DNA of 32,000 nt. Origin: Methanopyrus kandleri AV19. GTDB lineage: Archaea; JAADCQ01; Methanopyri; Methanopyrales; Methanopyraceae. Of this stretch, positions 8,513-15,274 are shown piece after piece; the stretch's first letter is position 1, and each line of letters begins with the position of its first letter. The stretch spans positions 510,001 to 542,000 of the forward strand of contig NC_003551.1 in the NCBI RefSeq assembly GCF_000007185.1, read 5' to 3'. A program made the translations under genes and the position numbers. The notes beneath the pieces are model-generated. The model did not search any database. It had not been told where the DNA came from and saw only the letters and a list, made by a program, of their open reading frames with translations.

Positions 8513-8920
8513 ATGACGTTCCTAACCGCGGGGACGCGCTTGGTATCGCTCGATTACATCGCGGGCTTCTTCGACGGTGAGGGATCCGTGGTGGTCCGGT
8601 TCGTGAGGGACGGCCGGTACCGGGCGGGGTACAGGGTCTCCACCAAGGTGGTCTTCGTCCAGAAGGAGCGGGATGTCCTGGAGGAGATCCATGAGACCCT
8701 CGGGATGGGACACCTCTATCGCCGTGGGAGCGACGGCGTGTGGTACCTGGAGATCTACCGACGGGAGGATCTGCGCGAGTTCGTGGAACTGATTGGGAAC
8801 CGGACGATGGTGAAGCGGGACGCGCTCGAGCGGTTGGCGACGGTGTTGGAGCTCCTGGAAGGAGGTGTCCACGGGTCACGGGATGGACTGGAACGGATTC
8901 GCGAGGTCTGGGAGGGGTAG
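8513..8920 (+). CDS. Free-standing LAGLIDADG homing endonuclease-like protein (single-motif, 135 aa)
   Basis: It carries the canonical motif LDYIAGFFDGEGSV near the N-terminus, followed by basic beta-strand-like segments (RYRAGYRVSTKVVFVQKERDVLEEI). It starts at ATG and has host-like GC3-rich codon usage. Confidence 0.8.
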   Translation: MTFLTAGTRLVSLDYIAGFFDGEGSVVVRFVRDGRYRAGYRVSTKVVFVQKERDVLEEIHETLGMGHLYRRGSDGVWYLEIYRREDLREFVELIGNRTMVKRDALERLATVLELLEGGVHGSRDGLERIREVWEG

Positions 8921-9209
8921 GTGGGGTCGGTCAAGGGTGGGTAGGTCATCGGGGCGACCTCCCCTTCGCGGGCACTCCTCATCCCGTCGGTTCGATACCC
9001 TGAACGTCGGCGGATTCCGGTCCCCGTAGGGGTGTCTCGCAACGATCCCGGAGGGGTCGAGCGGGCCGCCTCCGGGTACTGTCACAGGCCTCGGTTAATG
9101 TGGGCCACCGCCTGTGTCGACGCCACGCGACGGGCACTCGAAGGACTCAGATGTGACGCCCGGGTTATCGTTGTAGTTTCCATAACGATCGCCGAGAGGG
9201 TCAGGAGCG

Positions 9210-9244
9210 ACCGGTCAGCACCCTCGGGATTCATCACGGCCGGT
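9210..9244 (-). ncRNA. Candidate K-turn stem-loop (L7Ae-binding type) inside a larger structured non-coding region (8921-9349)
   Basis: The minus strand reads ACCGG-CCGU-GAUGA-AUCCCGAGGGUG-CUGA-CCGGU. A 5-bp terminal stem (ACCGG/CCGGU) closes box C-like GUGAUGA opposite box D CUGA, capped by a short hairpin (AUCC/GGGU). Confidence 0.35.
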
Positions 9245-9349
9245 GGCTCCGTTTGGGGCTAATCCCGCCATCATCCCGGACCCTTTCGGAGGAGGGTCGG
9301 GTGGGCGGATTCCGATCATCCCGTGGCGGTCGCTCCCGTGGCCGTGTCC

Positions 9350-10219
9350 TCATCCTTCCATCTCTTCGAGCTCTTCGAGCAACTTTTCGATGTCGTCGCG
9401 CTCCTCCTCCAGCTCCCCCAGCACCTCGGAGTCTTCGGCGACTTCACGGGCCATGGATTCGGGCATGTTGAGGACGTCGTTAAGGTACTCGTCGACGTCG
9501 CGGATCTCGCCGGCCTTCACGTCGAGGACCTTGTCGCAGTGCACGACGACGGTCCCGTCGTCGAGGATGCTCACCGGTGCCCGGTACTTGGGGAGGTGTG
9601 GAGGCAGGGTACGGATAGGGAGGAGACTGTACACCAGGGCGCCACGGAACTCGTGTACTGCGGTCTCCAGCAGGACGTCGGCGACCTCGGCGTTCGGCGA
9701 TCGTAAAGCGGACTCCGGTAGGGCGCATCCGGCGAGGACCGCGAGGTCGTTCCTCACGGCGGCTACCTTCAGGGTGGAGATTACCTGCAGGAACTTCTCG
9801 TGTTCGCCACGGTGCATCGGGTATATCGAGTCGATCACGACGACGTCGGGGTCGTATTCGGGGACGAGTTCTCGGATCCTGTGGGGCTCGAGGTCCTGGA
9901 TGATCTCGCCTACGGTCCGATGGTAGATACCGGCACGGACGCTGAAGGCGTTGAGGACGACCAGATCGCCTTTCTCGTAGGCTTCGCGGGCTCTCCTATC
10001 GTACTCCTCGGAACGTCGTAGGAACTCGTAGGGCGAGGTGCTGGTGGCGAGGAGGAGTACACGGAAACCGTCCTCCAGGACGTTCCAGACCGCGTTGTCG
10101 AGCAGGGGCTGCCGGGCGGACCCGGGAAGACCCGCGAGTACCGTCACACCACGTCTGGGGAGTCCGCCGCCGATCATCTCGTCGAAACCCGGTATGCGAG
10201 TCTCAATACGGTCGGTCAA
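9350..10219 (-). CDS. KaiC/RecA-superfamily protein with a degenerate Walker A motif (probably an inactive ATPase) and an acidic C-terminal tail
   Basis: The N-terminus RIPGFDEMIGGGLPRRGVTVLAGLPGSARQPL aligns to the KaiC/RadA pattern IPGLDxxLGGGxPxGxxxLxxGxPGxGKT, but GK[TS] is replaced by AR-Q. DVVVIDSI is Walker B-like. The C-terminus is EDSEVLGELEEERDDIEKLLEELEEMEG. Confidence 0.75.
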   Translation of the reverse strand: MTDRIETRIPGFDEMIGGGLPRRGVTVLAGLPGSARQPLLDNAVWNVLEDGFRVLLLATSTSPYEFLRRSEEYDRRAREAYEKGDLVVLNAFSVRAGIYHRTVGEIIQDLEPHRIRELVPEYDPDVVVIDSIYPMHRGEHEKFLQVISTLKVAAVRNDLAVLAGCALPESALRSPNAEVADVLLETAVHEFRGALVYSLLPIRTLPPHLPKYRAPVSILDDGTVVVHCDKVLDVKAGEIRDVDEYLNDVLNMPESMAREVAEDSEVLGELEEERDDIEKLLEELEEMEG

Positions 10220-10772
10220 GGTGGACGCCCTCGAACTTCGGGACGTGGACTTCGTAAAACCCTCGATATGCGGAGTGGTACGATAGGACTCCCAGCTTTT
10301 CGAGACGTGTCCGGAGCCTTCCCTCGAGTCGACGGTACGGCTCGGGATCCGCGTCGAACTCCAGTAAGTGGACCCGATGCGCCCGTCGACAGGTCGGGGA
10401 GCAGGGGACGAACCCCTCGGTTACGACCACCACGTTGTCCGGGTCGTGATCGAACCTGACGTGGCCCTCCAGGAAGTACTCGACGCAGCACTCGGGGTAA
10501 CCCAGGAACCTCCCGACCTCCTCGTCATCTAGCGTGTACACCCCGATCCGCTCCGAAACGTAGGGGTGTAAGGCGGGACGGACGTGGAGACCGCTTTCCT
10601 CCCATAGGACCAGCTCCGTCTCAACGATGTTTATGCATATGTCGAGGTCCATGGGCGTGAGCCGCTGGAGGGCGAACTCCGCGAGGGTTCGTGGTTCGGG
10701 CATGTCACCGGTACCGTCCAAGTGGGAACGTAGGTCTTGAAGGAACGTGAGGACACGCTCGAGCGTGTTCAA
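10203..10772 (-). CDS. Conserved hypothetical protein with GYPECC and CSPTC cysteine motifs (possibly a DUF483-type archaeal family; assignment uncertain)
   Basis: The 189-aa ORF has good coding character. Its 3' end overlaps the start of the downstream KaiC-like gene by 17 nt, which suggests an operon. Motifs are LGYPECCVEYF and FVPCSPTCRRAH. Confidence 0.6.
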   Translation of the reverse strand: MNTLERVLTFLQDLRSHLDGTGDMPEPRTLAEFALQRLTPMDLDICINIVETELVLWEESGLHVRPALHPYVSERIGVYTLDDEEVGRFLGYPECCVEYFLEGHVRFDHDPDNVVVVTEGFVPCSPTCRRAHRVHLLEFDADPEPYRRLEGRLRTRLEKLGVLSYHSAYRGFYEVHVPKFEGVHLDRPY

Positions 10773-10880
10773 CCGGGATCCCCGTGAGGAGCTACTCCGG
10801 AGGTGAGGTTAATCCGATGATCGGACCCCCGGGACCGAGGGGCCGAAGGGATGGGGAGCTAGTCCGGGGGTGAGGGGGTA

Positions 10881-10926
10881 CTCCCGATGATCGTCCTCCA
10901 CGGCCCCCGACCGCCCTCTGAGGGAG
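10881..10926 (+). ncRNA. Candidate short C/D-like RNA or hairpin
   Basis: The sequence reads CUCCC-GAUGA-27 nt-CUGA-GGGAG, with a perfect 5-bp terminal stem flanking the GAUGA and CUGA boxes. There are no C'/D' boxes and no 3-nt bulge, so it is atypical. Confidence 0.3.
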
Positions 10927-10971
10927 CGTTCTAATTATCGTAACGAAAGACAGGTCGAGCCGCACCCGCGA

Positions 10972-11026
10972 ACCGTCGTGATGATCGCGACGTTGTGACG
11001 GGATCGTTATACCGCCGCGCGACGGT
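10972..11026 (+). ncRNA. Candidate C/D box sRNA with variant D boxes
   Basis: The order is ACCG-UC-GUGAUGA (10978-10984), 12 nt, GACG, GGAUCG, 12 nt, GCGA (11019-11022), CGGU. There is a 4-bp terminal stem and exact 12-nt spacers. Box C is canonical; the other boxes are degenerate. Confidence 0.3.
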
Positions 11027-11046
11027 CTGGCGATCGGGGGTCGTTC

Positions 11047-12033
11047 TTGGTCCGGGTACGGTCCGTCTCCAGGATCCACGTGACACTGATCGACTTACAC
11101 GGTGGGTTGGGCCGAGTAGACGGTAGCGTGGGAGTGACGCTGGAGGGCCCTAGGATCGAGCTCGAGGTGGAACCGACGGGGGAAGGGGTCAAGGTCGACG
11201 GAGAAGGAGAGATCGCGGAGAAAGCGGAGCGGGCGGCGCGGAAGGTACTCGATCTGTACGGGATCGAGGGTGGTGTCCGGATCGAGGTGGTGAGGCGGTA
11301 TCCCGAGCACGTTGGCCTCGGTTCCGGTACGCAGGCGACGTTGTCAGCAGCTGTCGGAACGTTGGAGGCACACGGTGTCGAGCACTACGACGTGCGGGAA
11401 CTGGCGGATGCACTGGGTCGAGGTGGGACATCGGGGATCGGTGTGGCGGCGTTCGAGCGGGGCGGGTTCATAGTAGATGGTGGCCACGTCTTCGGCCCGG
11501 GTGGGAAAGAGGAGTTCAAACCGTCGGCGGCGTCTGGCGAGGTCCCTCCGGCACCGGTGATCTCGCGGCTGGAAGTACCGGAGGATTGGCGGTTCGTGCT
11601 CGCGATCCCAGAGGTGGAACGGGGTGCGCACGGGGATAAGGAAGTGAACATCTTCAAGCGGTACTGCCCGGTACCGGCGCGGGAGGTGGGGGAGATCTGC
11701 AGGTGGATACTGATGGTGATGATGCCCGCGGTGGTGGAAGACGACCCTGAGGATTTCGGCAGGGCGGTGGACGCTATTCAGGACTTAGGGTTCAAGCGTG
11801 TGGAGGTGGGTCTACAGCATCCCGTGGTCAGGGAGATGATGGAGGTGGCCCGGAGTGCCGGAGCTTACGGGGCCGGGTTGAGCTCGTTCGGTCCTACCGT
11901 GTACGCGGTGTGCGATTCGCCCTCGGCGCGTGACGTCGCGCAGGAGCTTGAAATGTATATGAGAGAGGAGGGTATCGGCGGGGAGGTAAGCGTTTCCGAA
12001 CCGCGGAACGAGGGTTTCGAGGTGACGGGGTAG
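11047..12033 (+). CDS. mptG: Beta-ribofuranosylaminobenzene 5'-phosphate (RFAP) synthase, methanopterin biosynthesis (GHMP-kinase fold)
   Basis: The N-terminus SRIHVTLIDLHGGLGRVDGSVGVTLE and the motifs HVGLGSGTQATLS and GRGGTSGIGVAAFERGGFIVDGGH are typical of archaeal RFAP synthases (MJ1427 family). It starts at TTG. Confidence 0.8.
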   Translation: MVRVRSVSRIHVTLIDLHGGLGRVDGSVGVTLEGPRIELEVEPTGEGVKVDGEGEIAEKAERAARKVLDLYGIEGGVRIEVVRRYPEHVGLGSGTQATLSAAVGTLEAHGVEHYDVRELADALGRGGTSGIGVAAFERGGFIVDGGHVFGPGGKEEFKPSAASGEVPPAPVISRLEVPEDWRFVLAIPEVERGAHGDKEVNIFKRYCPVPAREVGEICRWILMVMMPAVVEDDPEDFGRAVDAIQDLGFKRVEVGLQHPVVREMMEVARSAGAYGAGLSSFGPTVYAVCDSPSARDVAQELEMYMREEGIGGEVSVSEPRNEGFEVTG

Positions 12034-12044
12034 GGGGGTCACCT

Positions 12045-13307
12045 TTGGGGGTGTACGTGGCCGAGAACTTCACCGGAGTTTACGCGTTCGATGAGGAGGG
12101 GAACCTGATAGACCACGAGCCGTTCCCGAAGGACCCGGACGAGATAGTGGAACGTCTGCTGAAGCGGGAACGTGGTGAGGTGTTGGAAGAGGAAGAGGCG
12201 CTGCTGTCGAGACTGGACGCGGACGTGATCAACTTCGAGGGTACGAAGGCGGACCGGGAGCGGCTCGAGGAGGTGTTCGACGGAGAGCTGGTCGTCGAGT
12301 TCCCGAACGTGGCTGGGGAGGTCCTTCGAGAGCGAGCACGGGAGCTCGCCGTCGAGGTCGGTGTGGTCGACTCCGAGGAGGAGTACTCGGAGCTCGTGTA
12401 CGAGGTCGGCATGAAGCTGTCGAAGGAGAAGGTCCGGGCGACGGTAGAGGAACGGGATCAGATGATCATTCAGGCTATCAACACTATCGACGATATCGAC
12501 AGGATACTGAACATACTCACCGACCGCGTGCGAGAGTGGTACGGAATACACTTCCCCGAGATCAACAAGATCGTGAAGAAGCACGACGATTTCGTGACGT
12601 TGGTGGCCGAGCTGGGGCACCGGAAGAACTTCACTTATGACAACATCAAGGAGGTGCTGCCCGAGTTCCCCGATCATCTGGCCGAGAAGCTCGAGGAGGC
12701 CGCGAAGGACTCGATGGGTGCGGAGATGGACGAGAAGGACTTGGCGGCGGTGCAGCGGATCGCGGAGGTCGCGCGGGAGCTCTACGAGATCAGGCGGAAG
12801 ACTGCGGACTACATCGACGAGTCGATGGACGACGTGGCGCCGAACGTGAAGGCTCTGGTGGGTCCACTGATCGGTGCGAGGTTGATCGCGCTGGCCGGCG
12901 GCTTGAAGGAGATGGCGAAGTTACCCGCGAGCACGATCCAGCTGTTGGGAGCGGAGAAGGCGCTGTTCAGGCACCTGACCAAGGGTACGAAGCCGCCGAA
13001 GCACGGTGTGATCTTCCAGCACCCGCTCATCCACCGGAGCCCGTGGTGGCAGCGCGGTAAGATCGCGAGGGCGCTGGCCGGTAAGCTGGCCATCGCGGCG
13101 CGTATCGACGCTTACTCCGGTGAGTACCGGGGCGACGAGCTGAGGCGACAGCTGGAGCAGCGGGTGAAAGAGATCAAGGAGAAGTACCCGAAGCCCCCGA
13201 AGCGCAAGCGTGGTGGTCGGCCGCCTCGCGGTCGTCGACCGCGTCGGAGGCGTTCACCCCGGAGATCTCGTAGGGATCGCCGGCGCCGCTCACGTCGAAG
13301 GCGGTGA
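12045..13307 (+). CDS. nop5: Nop5 (Nop56/58 homologue), C/D box sRNP core protein, with an unusual Arg-rich C-terminal tail
   Basis: The N-terminus YVAENFTGVYAFDEEGNLI is Nop5-like. The NOP domain carries AGGLKEMAKLPASTIQLLGAEKALFRHL..KPPKHGVIFQHP. The start is TTG 12045 or GTG 12051. Confidence 0.95.
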   Translation: MGVYVAENFTGVYAFDEEGNLIDHEPFPKDPDEIVERLLKRERGEVLEEEEALLSRLDADVINFEGTKADRERLEEVFDGELVVEFPNVAGEVLRERARELAVEVGVVDSEEEYSELVYEVGMKLSKEKVRATVEERDQMIIQAINTIDDIDRILNILTDRVREWYGIHFPEINKIVKKHDDFVTLVAELGHRKNFTYDNIKEVLPEFPDHLAEKLEEAAKDSMGAEMDEKDLAAVQRIAEVARELYEIRRKTADYIDESMDDVAPNVKALVGPLIGARLIALAGGLKEMAKLPASTIQLLGAEKALFRHLTKGTKPPKHGVIFQHPLIHRSPWWQRGKIARALAGKLAIAARIDAYSGEYRGDELRRQLEQRVKEIKEKYPKPPKRKRGGRPPRGRRPRRRRSPRRSRRDRRRRSRRRR

Positions 13308-13354
13308 CTTCATTTCCCCTGAACACAGCAGTTTTTTCGGGGGTGAGTGGGAAA

Positions 13355-14053
13355 ATGGTGGAGATCGAGATCGAACCGCATGAGGAGTTTGAGGGTGTGT
13401 ACTGGGCGATCTTCGAGGACGGTCGGAAGAAGCCCGCGACCGAGAACCTCGTGCCCGGACATCAGGTTTACGGTGAGAGGTTGGTAGAGTACGACGGGAA
13501 GGAGTACCGCGTATGGGAGCCACGGAGGAGCAAGCTCGCCGCCATGATCATGAACGGCATGGAGTACTTCCCGTTCGAGGAGGGTTCGAAGGTACTTTAC
13601 CTGGGTGCGGCGGCCGGAACGACACCGTCACACGTGTCGGACATCATCAAGGAGTCGGGCGTGGAGTACTGCGTCGAGTTCGCCTCGAGGATGATGCAGG
13701 AGCTGATCCCGGTGTGTGAGAAGCGCCCGAACATGATACCCATCCTGGGCGACGCTACGAAGCCGCACGGGTACGCTCCGCTCGTCGAGCAAGTAGACGT
13801 AATCTACCAGGACATCGCTCAGCCGAAACAGGCGGAGGTCGTCGCGGACAACGCCGAGGCGTTCCTGCGTCCCGGAGGGTACGTGATCGTCGCTATTAAG
13901 GCGCGCTCTATCGACGTAACTAAGGAGCCGGAAGAGGTCTTCGAGGACGAGGAGCGCAAGCTCGAGGAGCGTGGCTTCGAGGTGCTAGAAGTCATCGATC
14001 TGGAGCCGTACGAGCGTGATCACGTGGGGATCGTCGCGGAGTACCACGGGTAA
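13355..14053 (+). CDS. flpA: Fibrillarin-like rRNA/tRNA 2'-O-methyltransferase
   Basis: Motifs RVWEPRRSKLAA, VLYLGAAAGTTPSHVSDI, VIYQDIAQP and LRPGGYVIVAIKARSID are present. ATG 13355 is preceded by GGGGTGAG. Confidence 0.95.
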   Translation: MVEIEIEPHEEFEGVYWAIFEDGRKKPATENLVPGHQVYGERLVEYDGKEYRVWEPRRSKLAAMIMNGMEYFPFEEGSKVLYLGAAAGTTPSHVSDIIKESGVEYCVEFASRMMQELIPVCEKRPNMIPILGDATKPHGYAPLVEQVDVIYQDIAQPKQAEVVADNAEAFLRPGGYVIVAIKARSIDVTKEPEEVFEDEERKLEERGFEVLEVIDLEPYERDHVGIVAEYHG

Positions 14054-14110
14054 CCGTGATGAGCGTTTCGCTAGCCGACGCGCGGATGACGAGTTACTCC
14101 CGCTCTGAGC
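14054..14110 (+). ncRNA. Candidate C/D box sRNA immediately downstream of flpA
   Basis: Box C is GUGAUGA (14056-14062), followed by a 12-nt spacer and D'-like CCGA (14075-14078). C'-like GGAUGA (14084-14089) is followed by box D CUGA (14105-14108). The total of about 55 nt is typical of archaeal C/D sRNAs. Confidence 0.5.
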
Positions 14111-14117
14111 TCTTCTC

Positions 14118-14170
14118 CCGATGACTGCATTCACCCCTCCTGAATAAGTGATGAAGCGGTCCCCGGAGAG
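14118..14170 (+). ncRNA. Second candidate C/D box sRNA (terminal D box degenerate)
   Basis: The order is CCGAUGA (14118-14124), then canonical CUGA (14140-14143), AUAA, GUGAUGA (14148-14154), which is the D'/C' arrangement. No canonical CUGA follows; GAGA or AGAG sits at the expected distance. Confidence 0.3.
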
Positions 14171-14302
14171 GAGGGCCCGATGACGAGGCAGCCCCAGCCC
14201 GAGGGATGACGACGGAGAGCCGAGCCGAGGGCGAGAGACTTTAACCGCGAACGTCGATTCACGGACGGCGACAGCCGGTAAGGTGAGTGATGGGGTGCGA
14301 GC

Positions 14303-15274
14303 GTGAACGTTCTAGAAGTTCTGGTCGTCGTCGTACCTTCACTCTACATGGGATGGACCATAGGGGCCGACGACGCCGGTGCGGCCATGGGGTCCGCCGT
14401 CGGAGCAGGTGTCCGCACGATGCGGCAGGCGGTTACACTGATCGCCGTTTTCACGACTATGGGCGCGGTGCTGGAAGGGCACAAGGTGGTCAAGACGCTG
14501 GGAAAGGGAGTCGTACAGGCTCACCTCGACCCTATCGCGGCCGGTGCGACCGTGCTCGTGGCGGCCGCCTGGTACCACCTGGCCGTGATGCTCGGAGTAC
14601 CAGTCTCCACGACACAGGCTACCGTGGGATCCATCGCCGGAGTAGGGTGCGCGCTGGGTCTCCCGGTTAACTGGAGCAAGTTCGGCCAGATCGCCGTCGG
14701 ATGGTTCTTGTCACCGATACTCGCGATGATACCCGCCTATTTCGTTTCTCGACGCTTGCGAGCCGTATTGGAGAAGGGTAAATGGCCGCTCGCCGAGATA
14801 GAGCGAAAGATCGGATGGTTACTCACCATCTCAGGGTGCTACGTCGCCTATACGATAGGAGCGAACAACGCCGCCAACGCCGTGGCGCCGATAGTGATGA
14901 CCGGTCTTCTGGACGTCAGATCGGCCGCTATCGTAGGTGGAATCATGATCGCGGTGGGAGCTCTAACCGCGGGTTCCAAGGTCATCGAGACCGTGGGGAG
15001 GAAGATCACTCGGTTGGACCCCGTAACAGCGTTCTCGGCGGAACTTTCGGCCGCGATAGTCACGCACGGGGCGTCGGAGCTCGGAATCCCCATTTCCATC
15101 AACGAGACGACGGCGGGAGCGGTCATCGGCGTGGGGCTATCCCGAGGGGAACTCAACACCCACACCTTGAAGAAGATATTTACAACGTGGATCGCGAGCC
15201 CTGTGGGCTCGTTCGTAATGTCGTACGCACTCATGCGTCTCTACTTGTCGGTGCGAGGGGCGGCGGTGCCTTGA
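14303..15274 (+). CDS. pit: Inorganic phosphate transporter, PiT family
   Basis: It is a polytopic membrane protein with the duplicated PiT signature (GWTIGADDAGAAMGSAVG and YTIGANNAANAVAPIV). It starts at GTG, with AGGTGA upstream. Confidence 0.9.
   Translation: MNVLEVLVVVVPSLYMGWTIGADDAGAAMGSAVGAGVRTMRQAVTLIAVFTTMGAVLEGHKVVKTLGKGVVQAHLDPIAAGATVLVAAAWYHLAVMLGVPVSTTQATVGSIAGVGCALGLPVNWSKFGQIAVGWFLSPILAMIPAYFVSRRLRAVLEKGKWPLAEIERKIGWLLTISGCYVAYTIGANNAANAVAPIVMTGLLDVRSAAIVGGIMIAVGALTAGSKVIETVGRKITRLDPVTAFSAELSAAIVTHGASELGIPISINETTAGAVIGVGLSRGELNTHTLKKIFTTWIASPVGSFVMSYALMRLYLSVRGAAVP

Noticed and set aside
9032-9262. A 76-aa plus-strand ORF in the non-coding region, plus the minus-strand ORFs 8755..9042 and 8876..9085.
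   Set aside because: They have no RBS, no recognisable motif and poor coding character, and they coincide with the stems of the predicted RNA structure.
8921-9349. I considered that this structured region is the SRP (7S) RNA or the RNase P RNA. 7S RNA genes lie near rRNA operons in some methanogens.
   Set aside because: On neither strand could I find the helix-8 motif (GGAAGGGAGCA-type, with the AGCA/GNAR loop) or the RNase P CR-I/CR-IV/CR-V signatures (GAGGAAAGUCC, ACAGAA..CGGCUUA). The nearest match, CCGAAAGGGUCCGGG, has a 2-nt insertion. I keep the region as an unclassified RNA candidate instead.
14287-14670. ORF 14287..14670 (+, 127 aa), which starts at an ATG upstream of the PiT gene.
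   Set aside because: It is out of frame with the PiT signature motifs and gives an Arg/Gly-rich translation. The frame starting at GTG 14303 carries the transporter motifs.
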